Source: Diplonema japonicum (taxonomy: Eukaryota; Protista; Euglenozoa: Diplonemea). From it: a stretch of 64,000 nucleotides of DNA. The stretch lies in contig OZ025684.1 in assembly GCA_964019335.1 (NCBI GenBank), positions 248,001 to 312,000 of the forward strand, read 5' to 3'. This document shows positions 43,336 to 54,193 of this stretch, one piece after another. The notes under the pieces are model-generated. The model saw nothing but the letters and a program-made list of their open reading frames with translations, was not told the DNA's origin and made no database searches. Position 1 is the stretch's first letter; each line of letters opens with the position of its first letter. The translations under genes and the position numbers were made by a program.

Positions 43336-43455
43336 TGAAAAAGAAAAATGAAAAAAGAGAGGAGAAGAAAAAACAAAAAAAAAAAAACAAAAAGACTTTA
43401 CTAAAAAATATAAAAAAAAAAAAGAGTAAAAAGAGAGGGTCGGTTTCTTAGCATT

Positions 43456-43489
<34 letters not shown>

Positions 43490-43852
43490 TGCACGCCGTA
43501 CGAAACCTGAAATAAAAAAAAAAAAAAAAAAAAAGACATTAAGGGTACCTGCGGTATGTGGCAGGACGCCTGAAGAGTCTCGATCTATCTCTTGATCGAA
43601 CCTTTCTGCTGTGGTGTGGTCTTCGGCCCCTCGTTCGCCCTCCTCGGTACCTTAAAAATACGTGCGTGCTAAATTCACTACTGTTTCTTTCGTTTTTTTC
43701 TTTCTTCTTCTTCTTTTTTTTATTTAATTCGAGCCGGTTTTCAAGGGTGGGAGTTAAAATAAGATTTCACCTGTTAACTTGTAATACCCCTGGTTTTTGA
43801 TTTCCTCTTGTGACCTGTCCACCCTTTCAAACCCGGCTCTTATTAAACAAAA

Positions 43853-43970
43853 CAACATATTTAAATGAAAATAAGTGGTTTAACTCGAAATTATTACTGC
43901 ATCGCTTTGCTCGTAAGATCCTCTCTCGTTAAACCCCTAATGGCAATCTTATTTTTCATTTTAAATAGTT
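43853..43970. repeat. Palindromic MITE-like repeat (relative of 20213-20420)
   Basis: Shares ggtttaactcgaaattattactgca..gctcgtaagatcctc..gttaaaccc and the inverted arms. Confidence 0.75.
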
Positions 43971-44258
43971 ATTATTTTTTTTTATATTCTTACAAAGAAA
44001 ACCGAGCAGCAACATGTTAAAATACAAAAGAAAATAAAAAAAAATAAAAAAATAGAACACGGGGAGAACGGTTTCTTCTTTTCCTCCGACGCGCCTATTT
44101 TTACCATATAGCCCCTTTTCTAAGGGTCCGCTCTTTTACTAAAAGAGGAAACTGGCTGGTGTTTGTACGTGCCGGGGGGGGGGGGGGGGAAATAGATGTA
44201 AAAAAAAAAAAAAGATACTCAAGAAATACGGAGGGGACTCATCAGATCACCCCCCTGT

Positions 44259-46058
44259 TCACTCCCTTGCTATATCTGCCATAGACGTCAAGCAGGACAC
44301 CGTTTCCAAGTAATCAGCACAGTCCGCAACATGAAAAGACTGCAACACATAGTTGAAAGAAAACTCAGTTCGGTAGACATCCTCGATCAACTGATAGATG
44401 GGATGCCTTGCCACGGATCGGCCCTGCACCACCACAGGCATGGGGTAGCGCGACAAGACCGAAGGTAAACCAGACGCAAAATAATTCCATTGCGATCCAT
44501 AAAAAAGTGTCAGCGCGAAAATTACCCCATCTATATCAAGCGCAATTTGAATAGGTGAATCAACACCAAGGAAGAGAAGCTGCTGATAGTTGATCAGCTC
44601 AAGACAGTGGGCGGGGCTTTGAATGGGTTCCCACTTTGTCCTTGATGGTGCTTTCAAGATTTTTCTCTTATTGATAACATCGTAAAGGGCGTTGCGTTCC
44701 TGCGTTGCTGTGAAGCACGCGCCGCGGACACAGACAGCCGCGGAGAATACCTCGTTTAAAAACCTCGGGAAGCATCCTTCGAGCATCATCCCTGTTTCAC
44801 CGCAGCCCACCATCGCAGAGTGCGTGACACACGCGTTCCTCTTCTCGAACAGAAGGGATTTCACAGCAGGAACCCACACCTTCGTGTATATGTCCGAAGC
44901 TTGCGTTTCTTTGTCGAAAAAACTATTTAAGAAGTAAGTTGTGGTCTCGGAGGGTGCCGACACTTTTATAACGCCATCGACATAGCCTGCTACATCTACT
45001 ACGGGTGGATCCTTGTTGTGCTTTGCTTTTGTGAAGGGGGAGTGGTAAACTCGTTCCTCGTAGTGGTGCGCCGCAACGAATAAACCAGACATCGTCCCGT
45101 AGTCTTCTTGAACCGGTGAAGTTACCGGGGAGAACTCGTCGTAAAAAGTCGATGTTTCGGAAGGCCGTGTGGCGGTGATGGTCGGAGGGGAAACCAGAGC
45201 CGCATGGCACAGCAGCTCCTCGCACGAAGCCCGCCTGCACGGGTCTACTGTCATACACCTCTCTATGAAATCGCTGAAAACCGCATGCTTCGTCCTGTAG
45301 AACCCGTTCGGAATTGTCACCAGCCGACCGATCTTCATGGCAACCGCCATGACATTGTCCACAGCAAGACCCAGCTCCGCTATCCACGGGTTCACTCCTT
45401 CAAGCATCTCGAAGACTGTTACACCCAAACTCCAAATGTCCGACGCCGGCAACGGGAACCCTTTAACAGCCTCCGGTGCGGAGTACAAAGGCGTTCCTCT
45501 GAAGGGGGCCGACGCGCTGTCGAAGAAAATTGACGTCCCAAAGTCAACGATTTTCACAATGCCAGTGGAAGAAACGAGGATGTTGGCTGGCTTGAGGTCG
45601 AGATGTAGGACGCCGTGGGCGTGGAGGTACGAGAGTCCCTGGAGAAGCTGTTCAGTGTAGTTCGCCACCAGACGTTTAGGTATGGCGCTGTACTGCCGTC
45701 GGAGCACGTTTAGAGATCCCCCTTCGATGAGCTCTAGGTAGAGGGTCAGCTCCTGATTGGCTTCGTGCACCGCAAAATCATACAGTTTGACTATGTTCTC
45801 GTGCGATAGTATTTTCAGCACCGCCATCTCGTCGGCGACTTCACTCCTCACCGTTCCCTTCAGTTCTTTAACTGCGACGAAGCCTCCTGTCAGTAGGTCG
45901 ATTCCCTTGAACACCACCCCGCAGCCTCCTTCCCCTAGCTTTTCTCCTTTTCGATACCTCCCTGTTCGTGTAAGTGTTCTCTTCCTCCTCCGCGAGTTCT
46001 GCCTGCTGCAGTCGGTTTCCGTAGAGGTCGTGCTGTAAGTTTCATCTAAAAACGTCAT
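44259..46058 (-). CDS. STE/MAPKKK-like Ser/Thr kinase fused to a degenerate kinesin-motor-like domain
   Basis: Kinase motifs LGEGGCGVV, VAVK, LSHENIV, HLDLKPANIL, DFG, GTPLYSAPE and SDIWSLG. The C-terminal ~250 aa follow kinesin motif order (see findings). Confidence 0.88.
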   Translation of the reverse strand: MTFLDETYSTTSTETDCSRQNSRRRKRTLTRTGRYRKGEKLGEGGCGVVFKGIDLLTGGFVAVKELKGTVRSEVADEMAVLKILSHENIVKLYDFAVHEANQELTLYLELIEGGSLNVLRRQYSAIPKRLVANYTEQLLQGLSYLHAHGVLHLDLKPANILVSSTGIVKIVDFGTSIFFDSASAPFRGTPLYSAPEAVKGFPLPASDIWSLGVTVFEMLEGVNPWIAELGLAVDNVMAVAMKIGRLVTIPNGFYRTKHAVFSDFIERCMTVDPCRRASCEELLCHAALVSPPTITATRPSETSTFYDEFSPVTSPVQEDYGTMSGLFVAAHHYEERVYHSPFTKAKHNKDPPVVDVAGYVDGVIKVSAPSETTTYFLNSFFDKETQASDIYTKVWVPAVKSLLFEKRNACVTHSAMVGCGETGMMLEGCFPRFLNEVFSAAVCVRGACFTATQERNALYDVINKRKILKAPSRTKWEPIQSPAHCLELINYQQLLFLGVDSPIQIALDIDGVIFALTLFYGSQWNYFASGLPSVLSRYPMPVVVQGRSVARHPIYQLIEDVYRTEFSFNYVLQSFHVADCADYLETVSCLTSMADIARE

Positions 46059-46407
46059 TTTTTTTTTTTTTTCCCCTTCTCTCTCTCCCCTCCCTCTTTG
46101 TTGTTTTTTGAAGAAAAAAAAAAGAAAAAAAAAAGAGGAAGGATGGCCGTTGTTTGTTCGTGGCCGGTTAGCTCAGGTAACCTGATCCCACAACGGGATT
46201 CGACCCTCCTGACGACGACCAGAATATAAAAGAAAAAAAAATAATTTAAAGAAACGTTTGCAATTCTTTTTAAAAAGTCTATTTGAACCATTGATGTAAC
46301 CAGATTTGCATATTTAATAGTGGCCCAAATTGAGTCCAAAGTCCGAAAGGGTACGCAGCTCGGAATAGCCCCAATTCCTAAATTCTCTTCTTTTTTTTTC
46401 CAACTCC

Positions 46408-48045
46408 TTAGTAAGGGTTAGTCCTGCAGCACTGAGGGAGCGTTGTAGGGTCGCCACCTTGCTTGCAAGAAGCATGGCAACAAGGTTGTGACATGAGATC
46501 AGTACCGTGGATTTGCGACGGGCCGAAAAGGCCAGGGGAGGCAAGGAATTCTACCTTGAGCTGTGTGATGTGGTCGACAATGTACTTGTACATGGGCTGC
46601 GTGATGTCGAGGGGGACGTGCTCACCGTCATCGTGGTGCAGGTTGAAGAGCAGAGGTGTGGCAAGGATTCCTGAAGAGTAGTTCCCTCTGCACGTGGGGA
46701 CGAAGTAGTCGTCAGGGCAGTGCGAGCCAGTGGTGCGGTAGTGGACCTTCCACTCCCTCCACCTGATGGCGTTGAGGTTCTCAGGTCCCTGGATGTTCTT
46801 GTCAAGGTAGAAGTAGTAGTCACGGACAGCAGCCCCCTCTGCTGCCTTACCGTCGGCGGAGAACAAGAAAGACGACATGTCAACAGAGTCGTACACCCTG
46901 TCCGAAGGGGGGGCCACTCCTACGATCTGCAGCATGGTGGCGAAGAGGTCCATTGTCGAGGCGATCTCACGTGTTAAAACCCCGGCGGCGACGTGTCCGG
47001 GCCACTTGATGATCCCGGGCACCCTCTGCCCGCCCTCCCACGTGGTGCCCTTCCCGCATCGAAGGAGCCCCGCGTTGCCACCACGTTGAAGGCGTACCAG
47101 CGACGGCCCGTTGTCGGATGAGAAAAACACCAGCGTGTTGTCCTCGACGCCGCTCTCCTTCACAGCATCCAGCACGTTGCCGAGCGACCAGTCCAGCGCT
47201 TTGATCGAGTCGCCGAACATGCCCCTCTGCGTGGTGTTCCAGAACATCCTCCCCGCGTAGTCGGGGTGGTGCGTGTGCTGGAACGCGTAGTACAGCAAGA
47301 ACGGCTTCCCGCTCTTTGCAGCGCTCTTCACGAACCCCACCGCGGCGTCGTTGTACCAGTCGTCGAGCGTCGTGAGGTTTGCAGGCTGCTGCATGATCTG
47401 CATGCTGTCTGCCGTCCCGTTGAACAAGGGGATCTGCACGGAGTCCTGCCCCGTGAGGCGGTACATCTTCATGTCCTCGTCGTAGATGGGTGTCGTGGTG
47501 TGCATGGGCTCCGGGTTCGTCCCTGGGAAGCACGGCAGACCGGGGGTGCCTTCAGGACTGTAGAAGCACAGGTTAGGGTCAGGCATGTCGTGCGAGTAGG
47601 GGATTCCAGTCCAGCTGTCGAAGCCATGCTTTGTGGGGATGTACTCCCAGTTCATTCCGACCCCCAGGTGCCACTTTCCAACCATTGCCGTCTGGTAGCC
47701 TTGCGTCTTGAGGAGGGATGCAAAGGTGGTCTCGTTTGAAGGAAGGCCGTACTGGGAGTACTGCACAAAGACGCCAGGCCAAACGCCGCTCCTTGTCTGG
47801 TACCTTCCTGTAAGCAGGCCGGCTCTGCTGGGAGAGCACACTGGGGAAGAGGTGTACATGTTGGCAAATTTCATCCCTTCAGACGCAAGCTTGTCAACAT
47901 TGGGGGTGTCGCTCATGGGGTGCCCGTAGCACCCGAGGTCGCCGTAGCCGAGATCGTCGGCATAGAAAACGACGAAGTTGGGCTTCGCAGCAGATGCAGC
48001 AGCTGCGCAAAGCAGCAGTATGGATGCAGATACGGGGCGCGTCAT
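46408..48045 (-). CDS. Secreted/lysosomal arylsulfatase (arylsulfatase A-like, formylglycine-dependent)
   Basis: Likely start is MTRP at 48045, with a signal peptide. Motifs PNFVVFYADDLGYGD, CSPSRAGLLTGR, GKWHLG, SSDNG and KGTTWEGGQRVP, plus a Cys-rich C-terminus. Confidence 0.95.
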   Translation of the reverse strand: MTRPVSASILLLCAAAASAAKPNFVVFYADDLGYGDLGCYGHPMSDTPNVDKLASEGMKFANMYTSSPVCSPSRAGLLTGRYQTRSGVWPGVFVQYSQYGLPSNETTFASLLKTQGYQTAMVGKWHLGVGMNWEYIPTKHGFDSWTGIPYSHDMPDPNLCFYSPEGTPGLPCFPGTNPEPMHTTTPIYDEDMKMYRLTGQDSVQIPLFNGTADSMQIMQQPANLTTLDDWYNDAAVGFVKSAAKSGKPFLLYYAFQHTHHPDYAGRMFWNTTQRGMFGDSIKALDWSLGNVLDAVKESGVEDNTLVFFSSDNGPSLVRLQRGGNAGLLRCGKGTTWEGGQRVPGIIKWPGHVAAGVLTREIASTMDLFATMLQIVGVAPPSDRVYDSVDMSSFLFSADGKAAEGAAVRDYYFYLDKNIQGPENLNAIRWREWKVHYRTTGSHCPDDYFVPTCRGNYSSGILATPLLFNLHHDDGEHVPLDITQPMYKYIVDHITQLKVEFLASPGLFGPSQIHGTDLMSQPCCHASCKQGGDPTTLPQCCRTNPY

Positions 48046-48628
48046 TTTCACACTTTTATTTTCCTCTTTTTCTCTGAGTTTTTGCGTTTTAATACTAAGC
48101 GGGGTGCGCTCGCCAAATGTGAGGAAAAAAGAGAGAAAACAAATGGGTTTTTGATTGCACACGAAGTGCACACAAAAAAAAAAAAGAAAACTAAAGAATA
48201 AAGAAAATGAGGGAATCTGATGCTGTTCTTCTTTTTTTTTTTTCTTTTCTTTTTTTTTGTAAAAAAAAGAAAAGAAAAAAAAAAGAAAAGAAAGCTATCA
48301 CAAGAATGTGCAAACGAGCGTGAGGGCCAGTCTGCTTCTTTACCTTCCCCCTTTCTTTTTCTGAAAAAAAATAAATAAGGTCGGGACAGGGGGGGGGGGG
48401 GGGGGGGGGAGGAGATAAACAATAAGCTACCACAAGAAAAGTGGACGTTTTACTTGCAACGCCACCAGCCACATGAACGAAGCTGTTGCTTTGCTGATTT
48501 AAGGAGCGTTGAACGTGTACTGGGAAATTGAAAAACACGTTCCTTCGGGTAAAAGAAATAAAAAGGAAAGGAGGAAAGACAAAGGGAACAAGGAGGGGAA
48601 GGGGTGAAAGAAAAGGAAAAAAAAGATG

Positions 48629-48755
48629 AAGTCGACCTTATTTCCCTGGCGTGGATTTTCAACTATCCCGAGGTATTTGAGCATCCCTCGTTTCGCTCAG
48701 GATTCTCACAGGCCGAGGGATAGTTATCCCCACCAAGGAAAGGGAAAGTCGACTT
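48629..48755. repeat. Hairpin/palindromic MITE-like element
   Basis: Nested inverted pairs aagtcgac/gtcgactt, ttccct/agggaa and aactatccc/gggatagtt around a ctcgtttcgctc core. Confidence 0.65.
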
Positions 48756-49022
48756 TAATACCCGAATCTGTAATTTTATTTTTCCTATATTTACCCGACC
48801 CTGTGTTTTTTATAAGGGAGCGAGGAAGTGCCGACCCATTTTCTGAAAGAAAAAACCCTTATGAAAAATAAAGTACTTTATTGCCCCGCCGGGAAATAAA
48901 GTGCATTTTATTTCCACCGGATCCCCTTATAAAAACACGGGAGGGAAATATAGGACGAATAGAAATAATTAATGAAGTGATATTTCTTTTTTTTTTTCCT
49001 TTGTAAATCGAAGATAAAAAAA

Positions 49023-49229
49023 AATATATGAGTTAAAGGAGGCCGGTGTTGGCGGCGCCCTGCACAAGAACTGTCTACTTGATTACAGGGCGCACCGCGG
49101 CCGAGTTGTAGCTTCTTCTGCGTTCCGCGTCGTGTCCTTAATGCGTGCGGTGTACAGCTCAACCCCAGCCGGTGCGTCCCGGGTAACCAAGATTCTGCGC
49201 TCGTGCAGTTTGCTGCCTGTTCGTCACCC
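49023..49229 (-). repeat. Family A repeat (copy with intact TTTAACTCATATAT end)
   Basis: Matches the copies at 5563, 8296 and 23155. It begins atatatgagttaaagga on the plus strand. Confidence 0.8.
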
Positions 49230-49525
49230 AAAAAAAAAAAAAAACTAGTTTGGCGCTCCATTTGTTTGTGCGCACGAGCGGAATTTTACCTAATAAAATA
49301 GCTCATTACGCTGCCATCAACTAGTTTTTAGTCTCGACAATAATATTGTTAAAACAAAAAAAAGAATTAGATAAACCTTCGGCTCACCGCTTGCTTAGAA
49401 CTTCACACATCTAAGGGTCACACCCGCTTACCGAAATTTTCAACTCTCTTTTTTAAAAAGAAAATTACAAAATTAAACAATAAATCAAAAAAAAAAAATA
49501 ACTTAGTTTCTTATTTCTTGTTCTT

Positions 49526-50587
49526 TCAGTTGGTGCTCACAGGCTCGGTATCAGCGGCCTTCTCGGGGACTGAGGAGCCCTTGCTGGCACCGCCAACAGC
49601 AAGAGCCGCACACGCCAGAAGAACAGCCACACAGCCGATCACAAGGGCGGCGATCGCGATGTTCCTGTCCTCATCGTCGTCGTCGCTCGAGGCAGCATCC
49701 TCGAAGGAGCGAACGTTCCTGGTGTTCAGGAGCTGCACAGGCCTGTTGTTCCCGAAGTACTGGAAGGTGCTGGGCTTCCACCCAAGGTTGTCCGCCACAA
49801 CCAGCTCCTGGGTGAACATCATGGCGTTCCTGAAGGCGGTCAACTGGGCGTTGCTCACCACACCCACCTCCTGCCTCACGTACCACTTCACACCCTCAGT
49901 GCAGGGAGGGGTCGTGAAGGACCCGTCGTAGGTGTAGAAGCGCCTCGAGGCAAGAAGCCCAGCGAAGTCGAAGCTGGTGGTGGTGGGCTCCGTCTGCTTG
50001 TTGTCCGTGTACTCGGCGGAGGAGTTGGCGTAGTTGTCGAAGCCAGACATCGGGACAGTGGGGAGGCGGTCGAAGAAGCCGAAGTGCTCATTGGGGGCGG
50101 ACCCTGCGGTGAACAAAGTCCCCACCACGAGGTACTGGAACTTCTCGTTGGTGTCAGCAGTGTCCGCCAGCGTGTGAACCATGTGCAGCTCGAGGTCGTA
50201 CAGCCCACCGCCGATCCCGTGCTCGCTGGGCGAGTGGAAGTGCATCTGCGCAAGGTTGTACCTCTTGTTCCCGTTGTTGGGGTCCAGGAGGTAGTTCCCG
50301 TCGTTGTTCGTGGGGACCACCTTCACGTTGTGCTGGTTGTTGATGAGGTCGAACCCCAAGGCTGCCGTGTAGTGCATCTCGAGGGGCTTCAGCCCAGAAT
50401 CAGCGGTCACCCCCTGGATGTTGATGGGCGACTGTTCGGTCCCTGTCTTGCACACAGGGTTCGATGACGCGGTGTCCCAGTTCGAGGGACCCCTTGTGTC
50501 CACCTCACCGTACAGCCAGGGCTGCGAGTGGGTCGCTGCGTGCACCGCAGCAAAGCTACCGAGGACAAGGGCGGCTCTGAAGGACAT
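49526..50587 (-). CDS. Alpha-carbonic anhydrase, signal peptide and C-terminal membrane anchor (copy 1)
   Basis: Start MSFRAAL at 50587 is shared by all copies. Motifs QSPINI, NNQH, QMHFHSPSEH, ELHMVH, YDGSFTTPPCTEGV and NNRPVQ, then a hydrophobic tail. The last ~20 aa differ from copies 2 and 3. Confidence 0.95.
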   Translation of the reverse strand: MSFRAALVLGSFAAVHAATHSQPWLYGEVDTRGPSNWDTASSNPVCKTGTEQSPINIQGVTADSGLKPLEMHYTAALGFDLINNQHNVKVVPTNNDGNYLLDPNNGNKRYNLAQMHFHSPSEHGIGGGLYDLELHMVHTLADTADTNEKFQYLVVGTLFTAGSAPNEHFGFFDRLPTVPMSGFDNYANSSAEYTDNKQTEPTTTSFDFAGLLASRRFYTYDGSFTTPPCTEGVKWYVRQEVGVVSNAQLTAFRNAMMFTQELVVADNLGWKPSTFQYFGNNRPVQLLNTRNVRSFEDAASSDDDDEDRNIAIAALVIGCVAVLLACAALAVGGASKGSSVPEKAADTEPVSTN

Positions 50588-51852
50588 GTTTTTGAAGGGA
50601 TTAAAGTTATTATGCTGTGATGCGAGGTTGGTGTGGTGTGAAAGAAAGACGCTCCATTCCATGTTTTTTACATTTTGCACGCGTGAGTTCTTATAACGGA
50701 CAATTCCGTACAACGATGTAAGGGGCAAGTAGGCAAACATAAAGGAGAGTTCCCATCCCTCAGATACTCGTGCTGCAAGCCATCCGACACAGGGGAAGCA
50801 ACCAGGAGTGCGTGACATAGAGAAAAGAAAAAAAGAAATGAAAAAAGAACAACAACAAAGAACTATATTTCTTGAAGAAAAAAGAACGGGATTCTGAAAA
50901 AGCCATCGCGGAAGTCTCTCGAAGAATAAAAGATTACAGCGTAGCGTAAATGGCGGAGCGGGGGCGGGGGCGGGAGAGAGGACAATAAAAGAAAATGAAA
51001 ATAAAAAAAAAAAAAAAAAAGAAACCTACCTTATTCACCCCTTCTTATAGTTGACAAACTACCGTATTTAGTACTTACTAATCGCCAGGAAAACGATCCC
51101 CCTGAAAATATTGAACGGCACTAGGCACGAAACACAACAAAAGGCGCAGGGAAGGGCGGACTGGCGAACATAAGCACTAACGTGGTAAAACATAGTGAAT
51201 AAAGCTGTTTTCTTTCTTCTTTTTCTTTTTTTAAAAGGTTTTCATCTAGCATTTTCAGAAAGTGTTCTTTTTAAAATGCTCTGAAACTACAAGTTTTGCA
51301 GGTATTTTCTTGATATAGAAAACAGACGTTTTAAGTGCAAAATCGCCAGCCACATGAGAAGCCGGATTTTGTTTTGAAAGGGTCGGAGAAAACTGGAATA
51401 AGACATCTCTTTAGGGGGAAGTAAAAATGAAAGGAATGGAAAGACAAGGGGAAGACAAGGAGGGGAAGGGGTGAAAGAAAGGAGAAGAAAAGCTGCTGCT
51501 CGCGCAAAAGACAAGCCAACGAAGCAGCCTTCCAACTCCTTTTCTGCGTATCTTTTTTTCTTTTTCCTTTTTTTCTCCTTGCTGTACTGACAAAAAAAAA
51601 AAAGAAAAAAAAAAAACCATCCAATCTGGGTTTTTCGGAATAAATGTGACATCGAATAAAAAAGTCAGCTACAAGAAGCGACAAATCAGCTCAGACACAT
51701 AAGGTTTTCCGATGATTTAGTTGATTTTAGGTCATTCTTAAAGAGACAGGACAGCATTGAAAAGCATCAGCATAAACAAAAAAAAGAGAATACAAAGAAA
51801 AAACTGACAAAAAAAGAAACAGTTATTATTATTTTTTGTTCTTCTTTCCCTT

Positions 51853-52929
51853 TCAGTTGGTGTCCACAGGCTCGTTCTCAGCCACAGGGGCTGAGCCCTT
51901 GCTACCACCGCTGGCACCGCTACCACCGGCACCGCCAACAGCAAGAGCCGCACACGCCAGAAGAACAGCCACACAGCCGATCACAAGGGCGGCGATCGCG
52001 ATGTTCCTGTCCTCATCGTCGTCGTCGCTCGAGGCAGCATCCTCGAAGGAGCGAACGTTCCTGGTGTTCAGGAGCTGCACAGGCCTGTTGTTCCCGAAGT
52101 ACTGGAAGGTGCTGGGCTTCCACCCAAGGTTGTCCGCCACAACCAGCTCCTGGGTGAACATCATGGCGTTCCTGAAGGCGGTCAACTGGGCGTTGCTCAC
52201 CACACCCACCTCCTGCCTCACGTACCACTTCACACCCTCAGTGCAGGGAGGGGTCGTGAAGGACCCGTCGTAGGTGTAGAAGCGCCTCGAGGCAAGAAGC
52301 CCAGCGAAGTCGAAGCTGGTGGTGGTGGGCTCCGTCTGCTTGTTGTCCGTGTACTCGGCGGAGGAGTTGGCGTAGTTGTCGAAGCCAGACATCGGGACAG
52401 TGGGGAGGCGGTCGAAGAAGCCGAAGTGCTCATTGGGGGCGGACCCTGCGGTGAACAAAGTCCCCACCACGAGGTACTGGAACTTCTCGTTGGTGTCAGC
52501 AGTGTCCGCCAGCGTGTGAACCATGTGCAGCTCGAGGTCGTACAGCCCACCGCCGATCCCGTGCTCGCTGGGCGAGTGGAAGTGCATCTGCGCAAGGTTG
52601 TACCTCTTGTTCCCGTTGTTGGGGTCCAGGAGGTAGTTCCCGTCGTTGTTCGTGGGGACCACCTTCACGTTGTGCTGGTTGTTGATGAGGTCGAACCCCA
52701 AGGCTGCCGTGTAGTGCATCTCGAGGGGCTTCAGCCCAGAATCAGCGGTCACCCCCTGGATGTTGATGGGCGACTGTTCGGTCCCTGTCTTGCACACAGG
52801 GTTCGATGACGCGGTGTCCCAGTTCGAGGGACCCCTTGTGTCCACCTCACCGTACAGCCAGGGCTGCGAGTGGGTCGCTGCGTGCACCGCAGCAAAGCTA
52901 CCGAGGACAAGGGCGGCTCTGAAGGACAT
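51853..52929 (-). CDS. Alpha-carbonic anhydrase (copy 2)
   Basis: Protein identical to copy 3 from MSFRAAL onward. Confidence 0.95.
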   Translation of the reverse strand: MSFRAALVLGSFAAVHAATHSQPWLYGEVDTRGPSNWDTASSNPVCKTGTEQSPINIQGVTADSGLKPLEMHYTAALGFDLINNQHNVKVVPTNNDGNYLLDPNNGNKRYNLAQMHFHSPSEHGIGGGLYDLELHMVHTLADTADTNEKFQYLVVGTLFTAGSAPNEHFGFFDRLPTVPMSGFDNYANSSAEYTDNKQTEPTTTSFDFAGLLASRRFYTYDGSFTTPPCTEGVKWYVRQEVGVVSNAQLTAFRNAMMFTQELVVADNLGWKPSTFQYFGNNRPVQLLNTRNVRSFEDAASSDDDDEDRNIAIAALVIGCVAVLLACAALAVGGAGGSGASGGSKGSAPVAENEPVDTN

Positions 52930-54193
52930 GTTTTTGAAGGGATTAAAGTTATTATGCTGTGATGCGAGGTTGGTGTGGTGTGAAAGAAAGACGCTCCATT
53001 CCATGTTTTTTACATTTTGCACGCGTGAGTTCTTATAACGGACAATTCCGTACAACGATGTAAGGGGCAAGTAGGCAAACATAAAGGAGAGTTCCCATCC
53101 CTCAGATACTCGTGCTGCAAGCCATCCGACACAGGGGAAGCAACCAGGAGTGCGTGACATAGAGAAAAGAAAAAAAGAAATGAAAAAAGAACAACAACAA
53201 AGAACTATATTTCTTGAAGAAAAAAGAACGGGATTCTGAAAAAGCCATCGCGGAAGTCTCTCGAAGAATAAAAGATTACAGCGTAGCGTAAATGGCGGAG
53301 CGGGGGCGGGGGCGGGAGAGAGGACAATAAAAGAAAATGAAAATAAAAAAAAAAAAAAAAAGAAACCTACCTTATTCACCCCTTCTTATAGTTGACAAAC
53401 TACCGTATTTAGTACTTACTAATCGCCAGGAAAACGATCCCCCTGAAAATATTGAACGGCACTAGGCACGAAACACAACAAAAGGCGCAGGGAAGGGCGG
53501 ACTGGCGAACATAAGCACTAACGTGGTAAAACATAGTGAATAAAGCTGTTTTCTTTCTTCTTTTTCTTTTTTTAAAAGGTTTTCATCTAGCATTTTCAGA
53601 AAGTGTTCTTTTTAAAATGCTCTGAAACTACAAGTTTTGCAGGTATTTTCTTGATATAGAAAACAGACGTTTTAAGTGCAAAATCGCCAGCCACATGAGA
53701 AGCCGGATTTTGTTTTGAAAGGGTCGGAGAAAACTGGAATAAGACATCTCTTTAGGGGGAAGTAAAAATGAAAGGAATGGAAAGACAAGGGGAAGACAAG
53801 GAGGGGAAGGGGTGAAAGAAAGGAGAAGAAAAGCTGCTGCTCGCGCAAAAGACAAGCCAACGAAGCAGCCTTCCAACTCCTTTTCTGCGTATCTTTTTTT
53901 CTTTTTCCTTTTTTTCTCCTTGCTGTACTGACAAAAAAAAAAAAGAAAAAAAAAAAACCATCCAATCTGGGTTTTTCGGAATAAATGTGACATCGAATAA
54001 AAAAGTCAGCTACAAGAAGCGACAAATCAGCTCAGACACATAAGGTTTTCCGATGATTTAGTTGATTTTAGGTCATTCTTAAAGAGACAGGACAGCATTG
54101 AAAAGCATCAGCATAAACAAAAAAAAGAGAATACAAAGAAAAAACTGACAAAAAAAGAAACAGTTATTATTATTTTTTGTTCTTCTTTCCCTT

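Noticed and set aside
48866-48886. gtactttattg, resembling the 3' end of the euglenozoan spliced leader (also aataaagtaca at ~3890)
   Set aside because: Only ~11 nt match, it is part of an aataaagtactttatt palindrome, and there is no upstream SL sequence or GT donor.
50588-53379. N-terminal extensions of the carbonic anhydrase ORFs (430 and 508 aa), and likewise those starting at 13917, 20079, 48171 and 63721
   Set aside because: The third copy lacks the extension and the signal peptide starts at MSFRAAL. The extensions run through low-complexity leader sequence.
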